A DNA stretch of 64,000 nt from NCBI RefSeq assembly GCF_021869535.1, contig NW_026262734.1, positions 47,554,001-47,618,000 on the forward strand, given 5' to 3'. How positions within the stretch are numbered: position 1 is the first letter of the stretch; each line of letters opens with the position of its first letter. The position numbers were made by a program, and so were the translations under genes. The notes under the pieces are model-generated. The model did no database searches. It was given only the letters and a program-made list of their open reading frames with translations, and was not told the DNA's origin. This document shows positions 23,602 through 35,500 of the stretch, one piece after another. This DNA comes from Mytilus californianus. Taxonomy: Eukaryota.

Positions 23602-25039
23602 TAGACCGTAAATATTATTATAATTTAATCATTTTGAAAAAAAAAATATTGCTTTCAGGAAAAATCAAGCGCATTGTCCCGTTTCCAAATACGACCAGAG
23701 GGCTACTATAAATAACGTCAATTAGGAGCGTTCTACTCTAGAACATATTCTGACAGTTCTACCCTGTAACAGATTTGGACTTTTCTGTCGTAGAACTGAC
23801 AGGTCTAAGAGCAGTTTTTGACAATTTTACGCTCAAACTGATTCTGACACTTCTAACTTAGAACTGAGTTTAACAGTTAAAAGCAAAAGGGACAAACAAA
23901 ATATCTAAGACTAAAATAGCAATCAGTACACACCCAACATCTAATAGATTTGGTATAAAGACGTCATTAACAGTGAGAGAGAAACATAATGCGATAATAA
24001 ACGTTCAACTGTACGATTTACTGGTTTTGTTATGATAACTTCGTAATGACGGAATTTTGAAACAAGACTTCAAATCGGAAATTTTATGAAACCGCAGGAT
24101 TACAAATCAAATCAAATTCAAAAGAAAGTTTGTCGATTTTTTATGAAACTGGACGAAATATTCATTTTTGCCTGAATATTGTCGATCTGAGATTGGAATT
24201 TAGCAGGAGATGCACTTTTCATCACCGAACTTTGGAATGTGATTTTCCTGAAAAATATGAGACGGCACACTTTCAGGAACCAGTTTTTAACGCTTTTTTT
24301 TTAATAAGTACGGTAAATCATACGTTTTAGGTTCATTGTTTATATTCTAAAATTCAGCACGAGGTCGACTAATATAAAAATGCTAGAAAAATGACAATAT
24401 CTTACACTAGTTAATCTGCTCAATAAAGATCTACAAATTCCCCATTCACGATTTGACTTTTTTTGTAATAAAGTACAAACATTCAATTTTAAATGAAATA
24501 ATTCTGCTAACATATAGTTGATCATAGCTCTTGTATACGTAAAACAACTGTGGCTAATATTTTCATTAAAACGCCAGTTTAAGAAAATGTCATAGGTTCA
24601 ATAAAAATCAACCAAGATTAAAAACATTACAATTATTGAACAGATTTTTTCTTGAAATCAAGCTGGGTTATCTATGTTTTATTTTATAATTCTTCAATGA
24701 ACTTATCTTTATTTACCACATATCTCAATATCTTAAAATTGACGACCCAATCTTGACTCCCATTAAGCAATGTGGTTTTTGAGAATAATTATGTTCAAAT
24801 TTGTGAAATAAGATTTCAAATTCCTCTCAGTTTAGTAGTAAACAATGCAAATGATGCCCGAACGATTAATCTAAACACCAGTTAGAAATGCATCATAAAA
24901 CCCTTAGAAATGAATATTTTTTTGTTTCTCAGCCGCAAAAGACATGCCTGATTAAGGTAAACGAAGAAGAAATAAAGCCTATATAAATCAGTAATATTTC
25001 CAGATTCGATAATCAGTTAAAAGCTGTTACTTAAAAAAA

Positions 25040-26520
25040 AGATAAAATTGAGAATGGAAGCGGGGAATGTGTCAAAGAGACAACAACCCGACCATAGAGC
25101 AGGAAACAGTCCAAGGCCACCAATGGGTCTTCAACACAGCGAGAAAATCCCGAGTTCGGAGGAAAACAAAAATGTGTACTAGTTCAGCGCAAATGGACGT
25201 CACACTAAACTCCGCAACATATAAATGAATCAAAATTTAAAAAAAAACCTACAAGACTAACAAAGACCAGAGGCTCCTGACTTGGGACAGGCGTAAAAAT
25301 GCGGCGGGGTTAAACATGTTTTGTGAGATCTCAACCTCCCCCCTATACCTCTAGCCAATGTAGAATAAACAAACACACAGCAATACGCACAGTAAAACGC
25401 AGTTTTAAAGACGTCAGAGTCCGATATCAATATAGGTAACAGAAGAAACTAAGCAAAATGACAATGATACATAAACTAACAAAGGACTACTGCCAGTTAC
25501 TGACAACCAGCTCCATACCTCAATTAAACTGATTGAAAGATTATGTCTTCATCATATGAAAATCAAGCGCAATCCCTCCCGTTAAGTGTTTAGTATCATA
25601 CCATCATAAAATATATGAGAAGAACATAACCCGTATCATGCCAAGAACCGGTTATGGAATAAATGTGTTTATTTCTGATGCAAAGACCCTATGAGTGAAT
25701 CAATATTAATTCCAAAAAAATGCCATCTTTAATGACCCGACAACAGTATCGTAACTATATCCCTTCTGAATAAGTCTGTTTAAAGGTTTGGTTAGCTTTT
25801 GAGGTGAATGACGACATTTTTGTGCTTTGTATAGAATATTACCATAACAGACTGGATGTGAAATACTTGAACGTATAAGATGTCTGCACGTTGATTTATA
25901 TTTACGAATGATGTCCTTGTACCGATGATAAAATTTAGTAAAAGTTTTGACAAGTTTGTGATATCGAAAACCCTGGTGTAATACTTTTTTCAGTAATACA
26001 GAGATTTCTTTTGTTAAAATCAAATACGTTGTTACATACACGAGCGAATCGAACAAGTTGAGATATATAAACACTATAAGATGGTGACAAGGGAACGTCA
26101 CCATCTCAAAATGGATAATTAACAATAGGAATTGAAAAATCATCTCTTTTATCGTAAATTTTAGTATTAAGCTTCCCGTTAAAGATATAATAGATACCAA
26201 GATACAGGAAAGGGCAGTGCTCATTGTTAGTATTAGCTTTATTTAAAGTCAGTTCAGCAGGATAAATCTCTTTAGTGTACATACTGAAGTCGTCATTATT
26301 GAGAGCCAATATATCATCAAAATATCTAAAAGTGTTATTAAATTTTTGTTTCAGATATTGTTTCGATTGGTCTTTGCTAATTTTAGTCATAAACAGGTCC
26401 GTAATAAGTGGTGCACAGTTAGTCCCCATTGGAATTCCGATAATTTGACGATATACGGAATCTCCGTAGCGAACAAAAATGTTATCTAGTAAAAATTCAA
26501 GTGCAGTTATCGTATATATA
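25040..26520 (-). mobile_element. 5'-truncated Penelope-like retroelement: RT (frameshifted) plus 3' tail containing the dispersed-repeat core
   Basis: ORFs 26106..26537 (LLDNIFVR, GIPMGTNCAP, FRYFDD, IYDKRDDF) and 25706..26224 (QGFRYHKLVKTFTKFY); tail has tttaaccccgccgcatt...cctgtcccaagtcaggagcc. Confidence 0.9.
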
Positions 26521-27113
26521 TATTTGCATTGTATCATCGCTAAGACCGCGACTTCGCCTTGCGAAATTTACAAAAATATGCTCTTTTTATTTTGACGTTA
26601 TCAAAGTCTCATGTGTTCTGTAATAGATGATACAGCTTGTAACCTCTGTGTCTGTACTGGTTCATGTTAGTAAAACAGTTATCAATGTTTTTTGTATATA
26701 CGGATTAATTGAAAGAACACACAAAATCACTATTCACATGTATTCAAGAAAACATGATATCGTCAATATTGTTATCAAATAAAACATATTAATATTGAAA
26801 TACTGAGAGGACAAATTCATATTAAATAAACATCACTGCAACATGACAACTGTAAGATTTACAATGTAACCAAAATATAAAACTATGGTATCAATAATAT
26901 AATAACACAACTAAAAAAACCAAAAAAAAAAAAAACACAGACATGTCAGGAAACGTTGCGCTTGTAAATTATTGTTTGCAGCATTGCTATATTTAATGAA
27001 CATGCACGCAATCAAAACAATACATTTTAGTCGGGCGGCATTTTGTTGTAAATTTTGACAAAAGAAAAGAATTCTTGATGTGCTCTGAGGAATTATCAAG
27101 ATGCGTTGAAATA

Positions 27114-28351
27114 TACAGAAGCGTATAAGCGCCACACAATTATTTTTTTTATAATTTTCTTCCTATCTTTGCGATATAACGCAAACCTTTGCGATATAAC
27201 GCAAACTTTTGCGAAATAACGCAAACCTTTGCGTTATAACGCAAACATCTTTTGATTTCAATTCTTCTTTAAGTTTTGTATATATGTCCGTCTGTCATTA
27301 AATTTCTGTTGTGATTTAGTTAGGAAAAGAACCATAAATACAAGGCAAAGTCATTATAATAAACATGCATAGGAATCAGAAAAGTATATAATTTAACAAG
27401 AAAATAGAAATGTTATAGGCATATTTTATTTGAAAGGCCAACATTTTAAAAAAATTGATTAAGTAGATAAGTACGAGCAAAAATAATGTCATACAATTGT
27501 AAAACTGTCAAGTCAAATAGGCAAAATGGTCTTTCTGCTGTAAAATGAATTATTAAGAAAGATTTTTTTCTTTTTTAATTCTGATGTAAGAAATCGTTTT
27601 TTAAAATCTCAGAATATGATAAAGATTCTTTGATAAAAAGTCATGAAATTTTCAATCTAGTGTGGTAACTTGGTAGCAATTTAAATGAAGAGAACATAAT
27701 TTTATTAATAAAACATCTTCATTTTATTCATTTATTGCAAAAGGGTAGTTAACCAACCTTACACATTCCTCAAACGAGAGCTTACTTTGGAAGTATATTT
27801 ATAATCGGCTATAGCTATATTAGCAGGGTTGTTTTTTTTCTTCGGTATAACTTTAATTTACTCAATTTTCATTGTAATATATGTACATGTATTATCATGT
27901 ATATCATTTTTGGGGGCACTTTATAGCTTGATGTTCGGTGTGAGTCAATGCTCCGTGTTGAAGACCGTACTTTGACCTATAATGGTTTACTTTTACCAAT
28001 TATAACTTAGATGGAGAGTTTTCTCATCGGCACTCATACAACATCTTCTTATATCTATTATCCTGCTCATTATTAGTTAAATAGTAAAGCATTTTACTTT
28101 GCAATGAGTACAAAGAAGATAAATTTTAATATATGCAGCCTCCTCCAATAATAACTGCTCCTTCCTTTGAATCTTAAATAAGATATAAGATAAAACAAAT
28201 GTTTGCGTTATATCGCAAAGGTTTGCGTTATTTCGCAAATGTTTGCGTTATAACGCAAAAGGTTTGCGTTATTTCGCAAAGGTTTGCGTTATAACGCAAA
28301 CGTAGGAAGAAGTATAAAAAAAAAGTTGTGTGGCGCTAATACGTTTCCGTA
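27114..28351. mobile_element. TIR DNA element (~1.24 kb, TA-flanked) with subterminal arrays of palindromic tttgcg-ttataa-cgcaaa units; nested retro-tail fragments
   Basis: Left tacagaagcgtataagcgccacacaa vs reverse complement of right tacggaaacgtattagcgccacacaa; arrays at ~27167-27246 and ~28200-28301. Confidence 0.8.
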
Positions 28352-29390
28352 CTGTAGTTCATGTCCGTCATTATATTTGTTTTTTTTTCGCAAATAGTTT
28401 TGTTATAAATAATAAGGCCGTTAGTTCTCCCAATTCAATTGTTTCATATTTTTCATGTCGGAGCCTTTTATAACCGACTATATGATATGGGGTTTTCTCA
28501 TTGTTGAAGGCCGTATCGGTTGCCTATAATTGCTTACATGCACTTCATTTGAACTTTGGTGGATAGTTGTCTCCTTATTTTTATATATAACGTAATATGA
28601 CAATATTTATTTTACTTGTATACATTGCACCGGTAATGCACTAATTGTAACGAAAAGTGTTTTTTTTTTCGTTTTACTTTAGGGATTTCCCCTGCATTAA
28701 ATATAGATAGATATATTCAAAACTGTTAGAGAAGTTGTAAAACGGGTTATTGTTATTTTGAATTTAGATATATTGGTTATATATGCACGTTAAATCCTTT
28801 GGCGGTTTAAAGGAAGGGTTCCGTTATATTATGTAAAGAAATTGTTGAGCTGTCAGTTCATCGAAGGTGCTCACAGTAACTACAACGTACAGTTTACCGT
28901 TTATTGTCATATTTAGGAAAACGGATCATATAGAGTTTAAGTTCATTACATATAATGAGTGTTGATCAATTTTGTTGTATGCAAATGTCAAATTGTTATT
29001 AAATTATATTAGATTATTATGTTATTAAACATTGTTTGCAAGAGAAAAGAACAAGTTACTGCGAGCAACCAAACCTATAGTAGAGTTTTGCCTTATTTAT
29101 ACGAAGGAATTTACATACTTTAAATTCTGACTAGCAGGCGAGGGAGAATTTAATAAGCTCCAAATAACTGTTCGCAATTACAAAAAAACAAGTTTTCAAT
29201 CGAGGGCAGCATATATAAGCGAAATATGAAAAGAAATTTACTTATTAATAACCACGATTATGTTTATAGAACAGAAAAAGATTCTAATTACTGGTGTCAA
29301 CGTTTCAACGTTTCAAAAGAAAAATATATCATAAAAAAAAATCAACATGTCATTGACATTAAGTCAAATTGGTGTTTTTTTTTTGCTAAA

Positions 29391-29592
29391 TTATGAATTG
29401 TTCTTGAAATGGTTTTGTGGTGGTAGCTGTTTCCCGAAATTGCCAATTGATGCTTCTCCGCCGTCTTCAATGTAAACATTAAGATCGCTTATGGTATTTT
29501 CTCTAAATGTTTTGGTCCGATTGGACAACATGCCATTGTCCACATCTTTACCACTGTCTTGTTGGCAGCCAGAGTACACACCAACTTTTGTC
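29391..29592 (-). CDS. Exon 21 (last coding): cytoplasmic tail TKVGVYSG...QNHFKNNS*
   Basis: tacag acceptor, phase 2, TAA at 29391-29393; matches ORF 29391..29615. Confidence 0.83.
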
Positions 29593-32500
29593 CTGTACAA
29601 ATAATAAATACTCACGGTCAGTTATGTGAATATCACGGAACAACGTACAATATTGTTGTTTTAACATTATAACAGAATTATAAATTTCAAAAATAAACTA
29701 ATCGTCGCTTCACAATACAATAAACAAGTTTTACCCTATGCTTTTTATTCTATAAACCCATACTATTCGCTTCAGTTAAAGAGGAGACACATGCTAAATA
29801 GTTATGAATAATAGGGAAAAAAACAACACATACATTAAAAAAATACGACAGTTTGTAACGACATCAACATCAATAACATGAATGATCAGAAGTGGGAGAA
29901 AAGAGGCTTTGACCTAGCTTTCAATGTACTCTTATATCGGTACTTTGTATATGTTGTCTTTAGGTTAGTCGATTCTTTGTGCCTCGGGACGTTTTGATTA
30001 TGCAAGCAATTTTCAACTGGTTTTCACACTAGTTTCTTATGTTGTACTAGTGTTACATCATTGTCCCGGGATATGGGAGGGTTAAGCGCTCACAAAAATG
30101 TTTAATTACCTCGCCACATTCTTCATTGGCCTGCCCCAAGTCAGAAGCCTGTTATTCAGTGGTTGTCTTGGTTGCTGTCTATTACATCTGTTTGTCGTTT
30201 AATATTTTGACATAAATCATGATCAGGTTTTTTTTAATTGTTTTACATATATTAATGAAGGGGGTTAGTGGGGGTTATTACAAACTATAAACAGACTATA
30301 CGATATGGGTTTTACTCATTGTTGAAAGTCGTAGGGTGGTCTAACATTACTGATATCCCCGCTTTTTGGACTCTGTTTAGACAGTTGTCTCATTAGCATT
30401 CATACCACATCTCCTTACTTGTTACTGGAATAAAGTGTAATGAAAACAAACCATAACAAACGTACGAAATGTCAGTGCAAAGTCCAATTGTAAGTGAGAA
30501 AAATATTTAAAAACATACTTACTTTTCATCACTGTTTTTGTGCTTCAAGTAGAATAGTAAAGCTAACAAGCAAGCAACCACACCAATCACACCAAAAGAT
30601 AAAGCTAGTGCTATAATGGTCTTGTTACTATCTTAGGAAGATAAAAATGTAAAATAAAAGTTATTGGTATTATTTAGAATCAATAATCAGTAGAGTTGTT
30701 TAGTTATATCTTTTAAAAATGTGTTTATACCTTTCGGTATTTATGGCAGTTTTTTCATAGACCCTGGTAAATTCATTGAGTGCATTATTTTGGAAAATAA
30801 ACAGCTTACATATTGCATACACATCTATATATTGCTGAATTCCTAATGTCGATCGCTAGATTTCATGTTCTGTATGTTCGTCGTTTCGATGCTGCCTCAT
30901 TGACTTATGACCCACACCTTCTTTGAGTCACAATAACATGCATGACTTTTTTAAATGTATATGTTACCTTTGTTATTTTCTTGATTCTCTATGGACGATT
31001 CGCAGACTTCCTGCAATACAATTTTTCATATAAAATGTATTAATCATATCAAATATTCATTATATATCACACTAAGTTTTGAAATCATTCGTTAGGCCCA
31101 TTTTCATTTAAGAAATAATTCATGAAAGCCATAGATTTGTTGGAAATTTACACATGGCCTGGGCCGGGATATTCGAATTTTATCCTGAGCGTTAGCGTTA
31201 GTTCTGTAGTCTTTTTTCAATTGCAATTTTTAAAACAATAAAATCGGAATAGCGTTTGCAAATAGGTTCCAATACATGTGGATTTATGAGGGAGGTATAT
31301 TGTAACATCCATTATTATGTATATCTCTGAGTCTGCGCTAAGTATAGATATATCGAGAATTTTATCACGGTGTTGTTTACAAAGCGACATAAGCACGTCA
31401 TATTAGAATTATATGCATACCACATCTTCCTATATCTATGTATACAAGCTGCTCTATTTAAATTAAAACTAATTGGATATGTATACATCAAAATTGTAAT
31501 GAACATTACAGAACGGGTATAAAAAAAGAAAAAAAATCCGGCAAATAAAATACTGATGAGTATTAAAACTCGATAAAAGCACATTGGACAGTCTGTTAAA
31601 CAGCGATTATACATTATAATCATTGTTAATGATTGAGTTGAAAATTTTTGCAGGGTGTTCTCATCATTTGTTTGATATTTTTCCTTTAATATGCGACATT
31701 TGTCTTGGTTTTACATACAAAAAAATGTACATGTATACGAAAAATTAAAAAGTTACCAATGAAACACAAGTCATAGATAGATTGCATGAAAAGCATCCGT
31801 CGTCATAAATAAGGATGGTAACTTCATCCCCAAAATTGGTTCCGTCGTTCGAGAGTGTGATCTCATACCCTTCTGCCATCTTATTTCCTGAGGATGCACG
31901 AGTTTTTCTTGCAACATTGAGTTCAACGGTAACCATAAACATATTCCTATACTCAGCCTTGTTAACTTCCCAATTCGATGAATACGATTTAGAATTATCA
32001 ACTACCTAAAATTAAGAACATACATTCATTACAACCACATCCTTATATGAAACTCATCAACATTACCAGGCTTAGATTTTATTATGCCACACGCACCTGT
32101 CGTCTACATAAAGCTCGAAACAAAACAATGTAAAGGTCAAATCAATTAAGAAATAGCTACAATATGAAAAAAACAGAAGTAGTGCTGAGTGAATGATATA
32201 GGAATAACGTTTCATTGCATACTAGTTAATTGTCAAATAGGAAAGGAACAGCGTTTTTTACTGCTGTCCGCCATCTTAAAAGGTACTGGAAAGGTATCAG
32301 ATGCGAGGTTTAACGCAAACTTATTCGTCTTTTTGATTAAAATGCATGAGCACTCTAAAGTGATCTATAAAGAAGTTACAGAAGATGACTGAATAATTCA
32401 TCCTTATCTTAGCTTAAAATGCAGTATGAAGGTTGTCTTTAATATAAATCATGTGTTATTGGCAAAAACTAGATCAATACAGTCAATTAAAACAGGATAT

Positions 32501-35500
32501 GTTTTCCTCTAACAAAGAACATACGATTGAAAAAGACTTTTGGCAAAACAAAATAATGAATTCGAACTAGTGGGTGGATCTACCCGGAACAAAATTTCGT
32601 TACATACAAGAAACTTAGATTATGACAAATGTACAGAACAATTACTCGTTTCATACTGTATTCTATTTTTGGAAATTGATATAACTTTTTTTCAATTTTA
32701 TTAGAAGCGAAGCGGCTGAGAGGACAATTTTAGAAATTTAAATTACCTACACAACTCATGGCATTATAATAGCTCATAGGAAAGCTTAAATCGTGTACTT
32801 TTTGAAAATATGTATCGTAAATATAAAAGGTGGTGCCATCATGGTCAAAAGCCATAACTAAAAAAAAATCCTATTTTCTTCTAGAGAAGCAAACTGCAGA
32901 TTTTTTTAAAATCGATTACTAGTATTCATTGAATAATTTATACAAGTAGTATTATTAACCAATGCTTAAGGATGTCCTTAGATGAAATTTAAAAAATCAA
33001 AAAGAATTTAAAATTGATATTATAAGTCGGAAGAGTATTAGTTAAGGAACAAAATAAGCTAAAATTATTGATAGGTTATGGAGCTCCTTTTTGAGATATT
33101 TGAGTTTTGAAAAATGGCGGGAAAAGTCTGACTCGGACTTTTACCTTATATTTGCATTGGTTTTATTTGGGTCTCAAATCGAAAGAAAATAAATCTAGAA
33201 TCTGCTTAAATTTTGGTATGACCTTTTATGAGCTATTGAAGTTTTATATGAAAAGAACAAATGTCTGTTATGGGGCAAAATATTTTACCCTGTATCGTAG
33301 GAAAAAAACCAAGGAGTCTTAAAATATGACACAAATTCCAAAACCTCATGATTGATCACCTAAGTACATCCTTAAGTTCCGACTAAGATGTGTTTCATTA
33401 TTAGACATGACTTAAGAATAACGTTTTATCCAACTTTTTCAAAGGTAACACGTTTGATGGAAATTTCCTCCAAGCATAATACATAACTGCAACAAAATGA
33501 CCTTGATCTTTGACCTCGAATAATAGCATTTCTAGACAAGATATACATACATTTTAGTATACAATGTTTTAGGTATCAAAAGAGTCTCCGAAATACATTG
33601 TTGATAAAATCCAACAACATTTGCAGGTTAGATTTTGTCTCAGTTTTCCAGGATTCGACATGTCACACAGCTTCTTGAAAACAATACACACTGTTAAATA
33701 ATCTCAATACACGATAAATTTTCAGATGATATAAGAAGCACGAATTATTGAAATGATAACTATGATTAACTTGCATTCGAAGGTACTGTAATGAATGCAA
33801 ATTGGTTTATTAAAAATTCAATTAGTAAGACATGACCGCTTTCATATACAAAATAAAACGTCGAAAACATTATAGAAAGTTAAGATTCAAATACGATATG
33901 AACGAGGGACACCCCAATTTATTTCAAAAATAGTTCCAATAAAAATGTTCACGATATGTCATCTGTGTCATCACTGATACGGCCTGGACATTGTTACAAC
34001 TACCTACATTTTGACAAAACACAAATTCGTGCAAGAAAGATAGATTGATTACTTGTTGCTTTCTTAACGTCCAGTATCAAATATGTCATGCATGTTTAGG
34101 ACGAAAAAAAAACAACATTAAAACTAAACACAATAGGTAGGTCATGTAACAGAGGACGACCGCGATGACGGTCGAGGAAATTTGGACTGCCACTGGAATA
34201 TGAGGGTATATTCTATAGGAACAAAATGTGCCTTGCAACAGGCCACTTACGACCCTTTTACCAAGAAATCTTTTGACTAAAATTGATCGTAAGTTATACT
34301 GAAATGTTCATGAACTACGAGAATTTTTTCTCGTAATATTGTTTAAAAAATGAGTCGCTGCTCCTTAATAACGCATGCTGTCTGCACATGCTTTCCCCTT
34401 ATACTAACAAACAAGGTCTTGTAGAGAGTATGATGTCGTTGTCGTTCAAGGAAAATGTCCAACCAAACTCACATGGCGTGGCATTATTTGGCCTGGCAAC
34501 ATTTGTCTACACCCAAACTTTGCTTTGCCATAGTGTCCTTACACATGTATATTGCCTAAACATGAAATCACATGGCGGAAGCTTTATTACACTTTTATCT
34601 TTATATATATAGCAAACTCAAATTGTTGTGCGATTTATTGAACTTGTATGCTAAGTCGTATAATGCAGTAACAAACACCCTATCATTATTTATAGCACTA
34701 TCAACATCACCTTGTGCTAATGTTACAAGATTACTGAAGATGCTTGCTTTCATTTCAAGAAGGTTGCATACCGACTTTTTACTGATTTCACAAAAACTTG
34801 AAGTGGAAATAAATCCACTCAAAACACGAATGATCGGCAGAATTTCGGTAACAAGTGGGTCAAAAAGCGAAGCAGTCGCGTGATCTTGGATAAATCGTCT
34901 GTTATCCTTCAAGCTGTAATTTGAACCAGTGTGAACACATACGTCGTAATTTTGTAATTTTTAGCATCAGGTACAAATGGACAGCCAGAACAAGAACACA
35001 GTATAATCTGATTTGATAAAAATTATATCCGCACCATTTTTCTATCATACATCGTATCAGCATGAAAAGCATAAAATATCATTGTGGTACCTGCTTCTTC
35101 ATGGTTACAATGTGAAGTCGGACAGCTAATAACATTACTGTTGTCGGCTTTTAAACAATTTTCGATTTTGCTTTGATGTTTTTTCGCGGCTTTAAAGGCG
35201 ACGCCAATAAAAATGACGTTTTCAAATTTATCTTATCCTTGTTTAGAAAAAAATACTATGTCATCCAATCAGTGCCTCTTAAGTTTAGCCTTGAGTTTAG
35301 AGTAATTGCAGTAGGTCTTTCTAATACTATTTAGTAAGAAATACTGGTATCAGCATTGATAAAATAACACATAGAGTCTTTTTGTCACGGATAAGGTCTT
35401 TGTCAATAATTTTAACTACTCTTTGTGTAATTTGGTCTTTATGCCAAGTAAACGGTCAACCATCCAGATTGATAAACTGTGTTTTGAGCAAATTCTCATG

